Origin: Octopus vulgaris
Taxonomy: Eukaryota
Direction: 5' to 3'
Assembly: GCA_951406725.2 (NCBI GenBank)
Contig: OX597818.1
Coordinates: 8,122,001 to 8,186,000, forward strand
DNA: 64,000 nt
Shown here one piece after another: positions 1-10,230 of this stretch. Both the position numbers and the translations under genes were made by a program. How positions within the stretch are numbered: the first letter of the stretch is position 1; each line of letters starts with the position of its first letter. A model generated the notes under the pieces. The model worked only from the letters and a program-made list of their open reading frames with translations, was not told where the DNA came from and did no database searches.

Positions 1-1504
1 CATTATTTGTATGATCCCATATATATAGGAATGGAAATTTATATATAACTATATGTTAATTAATGAAATCGTAAAACAATTCACAGGGAATCATAATTCT
101 ATTCACAAATTCAGCAGTTGTAAGCTAATAACATATTGAACTGTAGGTTGCTGTTAATGGCAACTTTTCTAATAGAAAACACATGCTGCACTTTGTTGCA
201 ATGTGTAGGATTTGCAACATTCTAAGTTATAATACTTGTTTCAACACTTCCTAAGATAGTAAATCTTTACATTTCACATTCGGTTGCAGTTAGTCGCATG
301 TAATACTACATATAGAAACGTACATATACATGTAAGCGAAGTTCACAATATTTCATAAAGTGATATAAATTTCAGTATACTGTAATAATAACATTTTACA
401 CTAACTTACAGAATTTTTAAACATGCTACAGCTTGTAATTTACATTGATATTTACATCGTAGAGTTAACTTTACATCAAATATTTACAAGATTCTCTGAG
501 ATATTGCAATTCGCTTGCTATTATGTCTTCAGAAATATATTAGATGCAAATTTCAAACCGAAAGTTCACTAGAGTGTTTTTGTATACATTTCAGGAGGTA
601 ATAACAGGTATGCAGTGCTACGAGTTAATAAATCCATCTTTGTAATATTGTTAGTATTACTTAAAATGAATCAGTTACGTTATAAATAATGGACTTCGCA
701 AATACACATACACACACACACTCATCATATCACACATACATAGAGCAAGATGCTACACAGTTAGCTATGTTAATAGCCATGACAAACATGAAAGTCATGG
801 GGTACCGCACCTTTTCAAAATTATCTATAAGTTTCTCCCATATGGGCTTAAACAAACTGTTCGCATAACTAGATCGTGAATCTATTGCCAGTGATAATAT
901 GCTTACTGATGTAATACAGTTTCAAATTATGTTGATAAGTCTTATGCCATCCTGTAGGTCTTTAGTTGCCATTCCAGAAACGCATAAACAGAATAATTCA
1001 AAAATGTTTAGATTAGGATAATAAGGAGGTTGTTGTGAATGAGTAATTTTGTTCAAAACTACTGAGTGATTTAAGTGATTTTTTAAAGCTTACCTAACAT
1101 TTCAGTATGCAATGTTTATGAATTGGTTTAACCTGCATTTACACATGGTATCATAACGCTATTATCTAATGACATGGGAACGTTATTATTTAGATGTAAG
1201 AAGTAGAGTACTGCATCACCATGTAACATATTTTTTGTTGAGAAGCTAATTTTCTTCACGTAACTCCTCAGCGATATTATGATGCATTGGGGTTCTGGGT
1301 GATATATATTCACTTTGAAAATGTTTGTTCCTCAAAAGTGATTATTTTATCTTTTTATGTTCTCAATTGAATATCTGTACATTATTTACATTAATGCTCC
1401 CATTAAAAGGATAACAGGTATTCAGTTCTGTTCTATATTTTAGAGACGAGGAATTCTGTACATTATTTATATTATACGAATATGCATCCTCATCTTGTGT
1501 TTTG

Positions 1505-1553
1505 CTACCAACATGTTTCGACTCATTTACTCCCAAGCCTTCATCAGGTGTCC
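1505..1553 (-). ncRNA. Minimal type I hammerhead ribozyme motif (stem I partly decayed)
   Basis: Minus strand reads GGACAC-CTGATGA-A-GGCTT..GAGTC-GAAA-CATG-TT-GGTAG: intact core boxes, stem II and a palindromic AACATGTT stem III. The sister arm (2070-2100) has lost CTGAT. Confidence 0.7.
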
Positions 1554-1897
1554 TGGTAGAATTTTGAACCCATCATTGGGTTTTCATTTCTAAGGTATCT
1601 TTGCTAATGCTATAATAATAATTATTATTGTTATTATTATTTATTCAAGACACTACCAGGAATTGGACTCGTAATCTTGGGGTCAGTAGCCCTCGCTCTT
1701 AACCATTACGCTATATACCAGTGAAGCACTATCGATGATTCAAGAAAAACTACTGACGGACACCTATCTAAAAATGCAAATAGAGGAGACTTGATGGAAA
1801 TGCTGATCTTCTGTGTAGAATATGGGAACCGGTATTAAGGAAGGATACAAAAATACTAGGTTTATAAGCCCTCAAAATTCGCTCTATAATTGTCCAC

Positions 1898-1962
1898 GGA
1901 CATATAGCGTTATGGTTAAAATCGCGGGCTACTAACTACAAGATTACGAGTTCGAGTCCAGG
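1898..1962 (+). promoter_or_regulatory. tRNA-derived Pol III head (A and B boxes); inverted copy at ~1655-1720
   Basis: A box TAGCGTTATGG (1905-1915) and B box GAGTTCGAGTCC (1948-1959). The left copy has an anticodon-like arm GGG-CTACTGA-CCC. No acceptor stem. Confidence 0.65.
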
Positions 1963-3321
1963 CAATGCCTTGAATAAATAATAATAATAACATTAATAAT
2001 AATGATAATAACATCAACAAAAAAGTACCTTAGGAATGAGAAAACACGGTTGGGTTCAAAATTCTACCGGGACGAAGGCTTGGGAGCCGAAAGGTTGTGC
2101 TAACAACAAACAAGATGAGGATACATATTCGTATAATGTAAATAATCTTATCTGAAAAATATAGAAAAAAACTGAATATCTGTTATCCTTTTAATAAGTG
2201 CATTTACATTTTCTTTAATTCGTGAAAATCTTCTTTGCATAGTTGATAATGATTTCTCAAGAATTAAAAAATGGAAGCTTAAAGACATAAAAACCAATGA
2301 GATTCCACTTTCCATCAACGCAACAGCAATTCCATTTGTTAAATAAGAAACAATAATCTTACCCTTTACGTTGCAATATTCTTAAATAGAGGTATGGTTG
2401 ACTTGAAACTCCAGGATTTTTAATGAACTAAAGCATATTAACTGCATCATTATCACCAAATTTCATTGATGGCACCCCCGCAAAAAAAAATAGTTACGCG
2501 TTCAGATATTTCTAAGTCATAGCAACATTAGTGATCAATATCCAGAGTTTGGTGAATATCATGTAGTACGCTATTGCGAGACTGGTCATTCTATTTAACC
2601 ATTGCATTGGCATCTTTATTAAGTATCGTTGAAACTCATAGAATAGACCCGGACGATCACTTGGTCTATTTAAGATGCGAGTAATTGCAGTAATTTCAAA
2701 AAATTCTCTCATCCGGAGAAGCATTTTCTCTTGTTCAAGTTCTGATTTACATTGCATCTATTTCAAAGTATGCAGCAATATTCTACTTTGAGCTGCTAGT
2801 TAGTAAGTACTGTCAATATCATCGCCATTAAAGCGAATATTTTTAAAGCCTGTAGCTATTTTCACATGCAAATCCCCTTGAGTTTTTCTTGTAGTTTCTC
2901 AGATTTTGTTGGATTGATTGACTGCACACGATCTGGGAATTATTTTAACTCCTCCAGCTTTGGTAATTATCACTTTCGGTGTGTAACCAAACGAAACGAA
3001 ACGAATTTTAGAGTAGAGTTACGTTTTCCACATTTACTACTGTCTTTATGTCTACACCAGTTTCTTTATGACAGACTCTTATATTTAGAAATACTGGTAC
3101 TAATCATCAACCTGTGTCACTTTGGTGATGTCTATATATATATATATATATACAAATTGAGATAGGGGTTGTAAATGCAACCCTCCATGGGGTAACATAT
3201 ATCCAATATACTGCTAGTGAAGTACCCAAAAAAGTTAATACATAAATGTAAATATATATATATATATAGAGAGACAGAAAGAGAGAGAGAGAGAGAAAGA
3301 GAAAGAGAGAAAGAGAGAGAG

Positions 3322-3369
<48 letters not shown>

Positions 3370-3373
<4 letters not shown>

Positions 3374-3910
3374 CTAAGTTTCAATAGTATGTCCAGAAAG
3401 TTGCTTAGGCGGTGTGTTTCACAGGCTGGGCCCGCTATAATTGGCCTTAATTTTAAGTCTTCTGGTGTTAGAGTCACCCTGCATAAAGAAAAGTTTCGTT
3501 TTCCTCGATACAGGCAAATAGCCCTGAGTGAACATATTGACAGTTGCGGAAGAAATAAAACGCCGAATTTCCATATCTTACCATTATATCAATGCAAAGA
3601 TTCAATGTCCTTATGAGAATGCCGAAACAAGGAAAATTTGTTCATACAAAAGTACAGACTACACCTTAATATACAAACTTGACTACCTGATCCTTAAACA
3701 TTCCTATTTCAACAATTATACTGAAAAGTTAGTTGTCACTGTTGCCAATAGTTGTCTTCCTTTGTCAACTCTCTAGACTCATTCTTAATTTTCAAGTATC
3801 CAACATGGCGAGACCCTTTTGTCACGAGAGATGATTACTTCACAATGTCCCTTGAGAAGCTAATTTAAATAGCGAAAAACCGGTTGGATATAACGACATC
3901 CATAGAATAT
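3370..3910 (+). mobile_element. Penelope-like element 3' fragment with inverted RT piece
   Basis: Plus strand ~3465-3670 encodes a GIY-YIG C-terminal half (RVTLHKEKFRFP..LSEHIDSC..FHILPLY..KENLFIQKY..LN). Minus strand 3372-3470 encodes the PLE RT motif LRPIIAGPACETHRLSNFLDILLK. A hammerhead-like motif lies at the 3' end. Confidence 0.75.
3845..3891 (+). ncRNA. Variant (U3-A8) minimal hammerhead ribozyme motif
   Basis: ATGTCC-C-TTGAGAA-GCTA-ATTTAAA-TAGC-GAAAAA-CCGG-TT-GGATAT: stem I ATGTCC/GGATAT, stem II GCTA/TAGC, palindrome AACCGGTT. Two extra As follow GAAA. Confidence 0.6.
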
Positions 3911-3917
3911 GTATATA

Positions 3918-4349
3918 CTCTTTTACGCTTTTACTCTTTTACTTGTTTCAGTCATTTGACTGCGGCCATAGTAGAGCACCGCATTTAGTTTAGCAAATCG
4001 ACCCCAGGACTTATTTTTGCGAGCTTAGCACTTAGTCTAACGGTTTCTTTTGCCGAACCGCTATGTTACGGAGAAGTAAACACACCAGCACAAGTGATGT
4101 TGAGAAGACAAACACAGAAACACAAACATATATACACACACATACACACAATACATACATGCATAAATATATATACATATATATACGACGATTTTCTTTC
4201 AGTTTTCGTCTTCCAAATACACTGACAATGCTTTGGTCGGCACGATGCTATAGCAGAAGACAGTTGCCGAAGGTGCCACGCAGTAGGACTGAGCCCGAAA
4301 CCATGTGGTTGGTAAGCAAGCTTCTTACCACTCAGTCACTCCTGCGCCT
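3918..4349 (-). mobile_element. tRNA-derived CORE-type SINE with internal (CA/TA) microsatellite
   Basis: Minus strand head GGCGCAGGAGTGACTGAGTGGTAAG..., CORE-like GTGGCACCTTCGGCAAC, tail GAAACAAGTAAAAGAGTAAAAG. Homologous to the copy at 19620-20021. Confidence 0.85.
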
Positions 4350-4764
4350 AAATAAAAGTAATTTCTTTATAAAAAGATATTAAACTATTAAACTATCTGA
4401 AACGTAGGCATTCCTCTTCCACTTTTTATATGTTTTCCACATATTTTCACCTCATAATTTTGCCACGTAGTGCATACTGAATCTCCAGTATTTTTGGTGC
4501 TTTTATAAATATATATATATATACAGTCAAAAATTGTGAAGCATGACTGTCAACACTACTACATGAACCCGAAGATTGCAGAATTCAATGCATGAAAGTA
4601 CTAGTTCAATCAGAATGAATATTTAACATTCTACTATTTCATTTTATTTTATTCAATTATAATATATTATCTTATAATATATCATTATAAGATTGTAAAT
4701 AAAACGTGAAAATCAGACAAGGTTGGAATTCTTTTATTAATATATTCTTCTATACACAATCACA

Positions 4765-4902
4765 CACACCCATATATATATATATCTATATATATATATA
4801 TATATATATAAAATATGTATATATATATATATAAATATGTATATATATATATATATATGTATGTATATATATATATATATATATACACATAAATATATAT
4901 AT

Positions 4903-4963
<61 letters not shown>

Positions 4964-5012
4964 CGTGTGTGTATGTAAATATTTATGTATTTATGAAAAC
5001 ATATAAATATAT
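4765..5012. repeat. (TA)n/(TG)n compound microsatellite
   Basis: Directly visible. Similar tracts at 3133-3152, 3252-3370, 7371-7660, 13200-13275, 22495-22625 and 24485-24720. Confidence 0.97.
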
Positions 5013-5160
5013 ACATAAAACTTACTTGCTAATACAAATTCGGTGAGTGTTGCGTTCAATTAGTGAATATTAGCAATTGGTCTATAACTGATGAACAATT
5101 ACGGACCTTTTGTTTAACTCCCGTTCGTTTTTATATTCAGTATACCTTAAGTCGTTTGTT

Positions 5161-5201
<41 letters not shown>

Positions 5202-5215
5202 CATAATATGTATAT

Positions 5216-6050
5216 ACATAGAGTGTCCAATGGCTAAATTATCGCCATTTTATATTCTTAATTTCGCGTAGACACATTGTTTGTACTTGATTTGTCGACA
5301 ACGTCTATGAGGAAAACTGTACCATGAGACAATTCACGCTGCCAGAAATTTTGAAACGACATGCTGTTCTGCTTGGTATTTGCATCAGAAGCTCCAATGT
5401 GAAACGCCGGAACTTTCAAAACCAACATGTAGCTAGAGTGATAAAAAGCAAACATCCAGTCAGCATCAGAGTGCTTTGAGTGATCACTAGTAACGGCGTC
5501 GTTATGCCACCTTTCATCTTCCCACACGGCCTCGAACTAAACACGGAGGCCTACATCAATTGCTTGGAAGATATAATGCTGCCCTGGGTCAAGAGAGTGG
5601 GCTGCTGGAGGATCCTATGTCTAGCAATAGGACTCTGCAACATGCCACACAAGGAGGGGAACCCAGTCATGACTGTCAGACAATTTCTTCTAACACATCA
5701 CCCCTAATATCTGGCCACCTAACTCTCCAGACTGTAACCCTCTTGATTATTATGAGTGGGGCGCGGTTAATCAAGAGACCAGCAAAACTCCTTGTAACAC
5801 GAAAGATGAACTGGGGGCAAGGATTACGACAGCATTCACCAACTTAAACAGTGAGACCGTCCAGAAGAGTTGCAGGAGATTCCGAAGTTGTCTGACGGCC
5901 GTGATTGAAGACTATGGTGATTTTATTGAATATATTTACTATTTAATATTTTTATCGAATTTTGGGAAATATAGTTGTTAAAACGAGATGTCAGCGTTCA
6001 TTTCATCTTTGCGTAATTTAGACGGCAGTTTATTCCTCGCACCATCTCTA
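5216..6050 (+). mobile_element. Tc1/mariner superfamily relic, DD37D (maT-type) transposase, internally deleted
   Basis: Translation D-SATCHTRRGTQS*LSDNFF*HITPNIWPPNSPDCNPL-D has 37 residues between the last two Asp. It is followed by CNTKDEL..CRRFRSCLTAVIE..GDFIE. Confidence 0.8.
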
Positions 6051-6054
6051 TCTG

Positions 6055-6497
6055 TCAAGTGCCGGAAGGTTCAAAACAACCCCTACAACCGGAGTTTTGC
6101 AGTGTTAATTTATTCACTTTTATTCACATGTTTACACTTTTATCGCCTTCAAATCATTCTCCATTTCACGCAAATCATCGGTCCGGACGCGTTTTCCACT
6201 GTTCGAAACAGACGAAAATCTTACAATGTGATGTCTTTTATTCACCCCTGCTAAATCTGAAAATTCCGTAGCACCAGATTTTGTCACTAGTGATGACCTT
6301 CGAAAAAGTCCGTATCAATTTCCAACTGTTCTTTCAGTTCACGACACATATTTAATCGTGACTGGTTTTTTGATATTCCGTCAGCAAGCGGTATACAAAT
6401 TTTGCTGCAACACTGTTCATTCGCAATTCCTCGCTCAAAATTCACTCGTAGAACTCCAGGACACAGCAGTCATATCAACAAGTTCGTCAATGGTTCG
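6055..6497 (-). mobile_element. mariner transposase fragment
   Basis: Minus strand translates (with frameshifts) to ILSEELRMNSVAAKFVYRLLT..MCRELKEQLEIDTDF..KVITSDKIWCYG, matching the mariner WVPR-L and ITGDE-W motifs. Confidence 0.7.
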
Positions 6498-6499
6498 GT

Positions 6500-6553
<54 letters not shown>

Positions 6554-6562
6554 GATATTTTT

Positions 6563-7369
6563 TTAACAATTAAGGATAACTTCTTAATAAGGAATCTTAA
6601 CAAGAAATTATCAGGTAGATAGCGTGAAAAACCTCATAAGAGAAAAATTTCGAAAATAATTCTTTCTTATTGAACATATTAATTTATATATAGAGGGCAT
6701 TATTATACATACATGCCTCACGCTAAGAGGGACATCAGTCATTTCTACCAAAAAATTTTACTGAATTCATTTTTTTAAATGTCTTGCTTTGAAAAATTGC
6801 ATTGGGCATGATTAGTAAAATTTTTTGGTAGAAATGACTGATGTCCCTCTTAGCGTGAGGCATGTATGTATAATAATGCCCTCTATATATAAATTAATAT
6901 GTTCAATAAGAAAGAATTATTTTCGAAATTTTTCTCTTATGAGGTTTTTCACGCTATCTACCTGATATTTTCTTGTTAAGATTCCTTATTAAGAAGTTAT
7001 CCTTAATTGTTAATTTTAAATTTATTCCGAAAAAACTTTTCCCCATCCGAAATGCAATTCGAAGAAGCCCGCCATTTACCGGATGTATAATATGTAAACT
7101 TCTCCATGTGCTTCGTTGGGAGAGAGCAGATGGCTGTTCGACTTCGACGGTACAGGTCGTTTATTTATGATATATTCAGAATCAGTCTTGCTGATGAGTA
7201 CGGTCGCAATTTCTGCGGTAAGTACGAAATCACAGGTGATACAAGACTAAATTCATTTTTTTAAATGTCTTGCTTTGAAAAATTGCATTGGGTATGATTA
7301 GTAAAATTTTTTGGTAGAAATGACTGATGTCCCTCTTAGCGTGAGGCATGTATGTCTAATAATGCCCTC

Positions 7370-7380
<11 letters not shown>
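6563..7380 (+). mobile_element. Young non-coding Penelope-pLTR/retrozyme-like element (inverted arm + ~1.3 tandem monomers of ~486 bp) inside (TA)n
   Basis: 6563-6762 is an almost perfect inverted repeat of 6814-7013. 6764-~6894 is directly repeated at 7250-7380. A hammerhead lies at 7184-7248 just before the repeat restarts. Confidence 0.85.
7184..7248 (+). ncRNA. Type I hammerhead ribozyme, apparently intact
   Basis: Stem I AGTCTTG(7184-7190)/CAAGACT(7242-7248); CTGATGA 7191-7197; stem II GTAC/GTAC with an inner hairpin; GAAA 7226-7229; stem III ATCAC-AG-GTGAT. Predicted AUA cleavage after 7241. Confidence 0.9.
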
Positions 7381-7423
<43 letters not shown>

Positions 7424-7461
7424 AATAATGAGGCCGACTTCCTAGCAGTCAAGCCCTGCCA

Positions 7462-7543
<82 letters not shown>

Positions 7544-7570
7544 GTATATATATATATGTATATATATATA

Positions 7571-7655
<85 letters not shown>

Positions 7656-7679
7656 GTAAGAATGTATGCGTGTATATAG

Positions 7680-8280
7680 ACCGTAAAGGCTCAAGAAACA
7701 TCAACACTATGGAAAGAAGCAGCAATTATGTTCGTGAAAGAGGGAAAGATTACTGTAAAGAGAAAAACCATGCACATAACTTATAGCTTGCTGTAAGGAT
7801 CTCAAAAAGGAAATATGAAAGTGAACCTGGGAGAGAAATTGCACTTTCTCCACGTCGTCCATATAACTTTGAGGTCAGATGTAGTCCTATCCTCTGGAAA
7901 GACCAAGAAAGGGATATTGATTAAGCTCACAGTCACGTCCGAAGTAATGTGTGATCAGGCTCATGAATTGAAGCATACCAAGTATGAGAACTTACTGCAG
8001 GTTGGCTGTAAGCTGTTCCCTGCCTAGTCGGCATGGAAGATGTTTACAGCCACTGGAATGTGAAGAAAGGAGTGAATGGTGACTCTGTGCAGGATCGAAG
8101 AGCCTGCTCAAAGAGCTTCCTATTGGCTTTGGTGCAAGAGAGAGGAATTGAAATGGAAACTAAGAGGAAATGAGGATCTGTGATTTGACCTCTTCTGCTG
8201 ACCCACCAACGGAGTAGTGTTGCGGTTCACGGTCGAATCATCCGATGAACGCTGGATACTGTTTGATGACCTCAATTCCT
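7680..8280 (+). mobile_element. 3' fragment of RLE non-LTR retrotransposon (HERO/NeSL-like)
   Basis: ORF 7815-8027 TLRSDVVLSS.KTKKGILIKLTVTSE..AHELKHTKYENL matches the RLE pattern RPD..LIELTVPWE..K..KY. Decayed. Confidence 0.65.
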
Positions 8281-8519
8281 TCTGCCCAAACCTCCATTCA
8301 TTTTGTTGAGTTGGAAAAGCACCTCCTTGTATCAGTTATTAGCATACATACATACATACAGGATGTTGCACAGAAGATCGCAAGACTGTGTTTTCGATTT
8401 TAGAATCGACTTGTGTATTGTGTTCTTGGCAAAAACGCATAGTTACCCGTTACTCCAGTCCACACGAAGTAGTATAAGTATGCGATTCTGCGACGAACCG
8501 GCGCTCGTATAGAGCTCGT

Positions 8520-9675
8520 CAACTGTATGGTTCCGGATTGAGTTCCACATCGCAGCATCTTGGGAAAGTGTTTTCCACTATAATCCCGAGGCAACTAAAA
8601 CATTTAGAGTGAATTTGGTAGTTGAAAATTAAAAGACCCACGGAGAATTATCGACATGGAGAAGAAGGAAGAAGATCAAGAGCTGTGGGTTTTGGTATGT
8701 CAAAGACCCTGGACGTAATAGGACTTCCCCAAGAGGATGGTCACATGTACAGACTTGTGGAGACTGGAACGTTTCTGTATTTCTTCCTTGCTGCATGCTG
8801 TGTATCACACATTCTCAACAAATCTGTACAAATAGGAATTGAAGGGGGACCAGTTGTGAAGAATTTGAGGAGAGAGAGGCACGCTGGCACACTTTTTATT
8901 AGGATTCAAATTAGCATTTATTAAAGAGAAATACGTGTGGGGCCGTAACTCTTCCTCTTACTCTGGAACAGGAAGGGTTCAAGAAACACCGTTACCATGG
9001 GGGAAACTAAACAACAGCAATCAAGCTCGTTAAAGAAGGAGAAAAGCCATTAAGGACAGCAAAAAAGAACAACTAGCTTACTACATGGGCTCCAACCATA
9101 AGATATGAAAATGGATTTCGATGAAAGGCTGCAGCTTACCAACGTTGTCCAAGTACGGGAGCCTACTGCAGCAATATACGGAGAAGGGATGGCAGTCTTG
9201 ATCTTTCCCATTCGATGTCGGCTGTAGGAGATTCCAATGCTCGGTCTGTATGGAGGATGTTCATAGCCACTTGAGTGATAATAAAAGATCGAATATGAGG
9301 TGTAGGTTCGATTCTCTTTCGTACAAATACTCACTTCTTTCGTCGAGAGCTTTTATGCTTCAAAATTATAGTATTGTCTTTAGCCAATAACCAGTGATCG
9401 CTTTTAATCTTTAACCTTATAAACATTATTATTATTTACATATTAAATATCTATATATATGTTATGTGTGTGTCTGTGTGTATGTTTGTGTTTGTCCACC
9501 ACAGGTTGACATCCGTATTGGTTTATTAATATCCTTGTAAGTTAGAGATTCGACATAAAGAGACAGATAGAATAAGTGTGAAATTTTAAATTAAGTACTG
9601 CAGTCGATTCTTCCGACTAAAACCCTTCAACATGCTTGCATTCGAATAACTGGAACAAGTGAAAGATAAAGGATA
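8520..9675 (+). mobile_element. Old CORE-type SINE split by an ~800 bp insertion (~8645-9450, possibly LTR-derived)
   Basis: The 5' half (8520-8640) and 3' half (9455-9675) align to the SINE at 3918-4349. The insert contains purine-rich GAAGGGGG followed by TGTGAAGAATTTG...CAAATACTCAC inverted ends. Confidence 0.5.
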
Positions 9676-9899
9676 TATGCGTTTTGCATTCTATATATTA
9701 TACCGATATGATACTGCAAAATATATAAACGTTAATGAAAATTCGATACTAATCCAGCGTCACTAGAATTTGCATATCGTGAGGTAAATAATAACTAAAT
9801 AAGTACAGGCTAATCAAAATAGTCTCCCAAAATCTATGTTCCACTTTTGGGCGTTAAAATGGTCCATGCATCGTGAATTTCTACTTCAATTAAACGTAC

Positions 9900-10230
9900 A
9901 GGTAAGTGTTGCTTCAGATACATCTGTAATAATCTGAAACTCCCTATAAGGAATGCAATAGAATGCGAAAAGTCTGATTGGCAAATAGGGACGCCATGCA
10001 ATCTCTGGTTAGCATTTCATTACACATAACCTCTTTTATTACACATAACCAAGCTGGAATGATTGAAATTGAAAGTTCAATCATTCCAGCTTTCACATCC
10101 ATATCTCCCTTGTCTTTAACCATATCACTTCTCTTTTCCTCCGTATAACCCCTGATGTCCGGCAATATTCACTGAGTTCAATGATATTATTCTCATATGT
10201 CAACCTATCACCGATACAAGTGGAAGAAAG
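9900..10230 (-). pseudogene. Possible decayed macro-domain (PARP14/15-like) exon
   Basis: ORF 9944-10165 gives KGDMDVKAGMIELSISIIPAW (cf. GD..T.AG.L..K.IIHA). A shifted frame gives HSIAFLIGS (cf. SIAFPAIGTG). Confidence 0.35.

Larger units (their letters stand above)
1402..2195. mobile_element. Foldback (inverted-repeat) Penelope-type/retrozyme-like non-coding element; each arm = tRNA-like head + (TAA)-rich spacer + hammerhead motif
   Basis: Arm 1402-1723 is the diverged reverse complement of arm 1895-2195 (e.g. ATTAAAAGGATAACAGGTATTCAG vs CTGAATATCTGTTATCCTTTTAAT), with a ~170 bp spacer. Confidence 0.8.
100..2790 (-). pseudogene. Possible heavily decayed multi-exon host gene (EGF-like Cys-rich plus fucolectin/F5/8-like exons)
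   Basis: Minus-strand GTAAG donors at ~2358, ~1089 and ~404. Exon-sized pieces translate to KCFSG*..CNYSH, FGDND..QPYLYLRILQRK/G, ..TLHTEML/G, SLAIDS..KPIW and RCKYQCKL..C. Many stops and frameshifts; family call is recall-based inference. Confidence 0.3.

Noticed and set aside
1655-1962. Functional tRNA genes
   Set aside because: No acceptor stem or intact T arm; they are embedded in a repeat, so called as tRNA-derived heads.
5088-5094. Isolated CTGATGA (also 60708 and minus-strand ~30699)
   Set aside because: No stem II followed by GAAA; expected by chance.
8645-9450. Definite LTR retrotransposon
   Set aside because: Only a PPT-like run and weak inverted ends; no paired LTR, TSD or coding motif.
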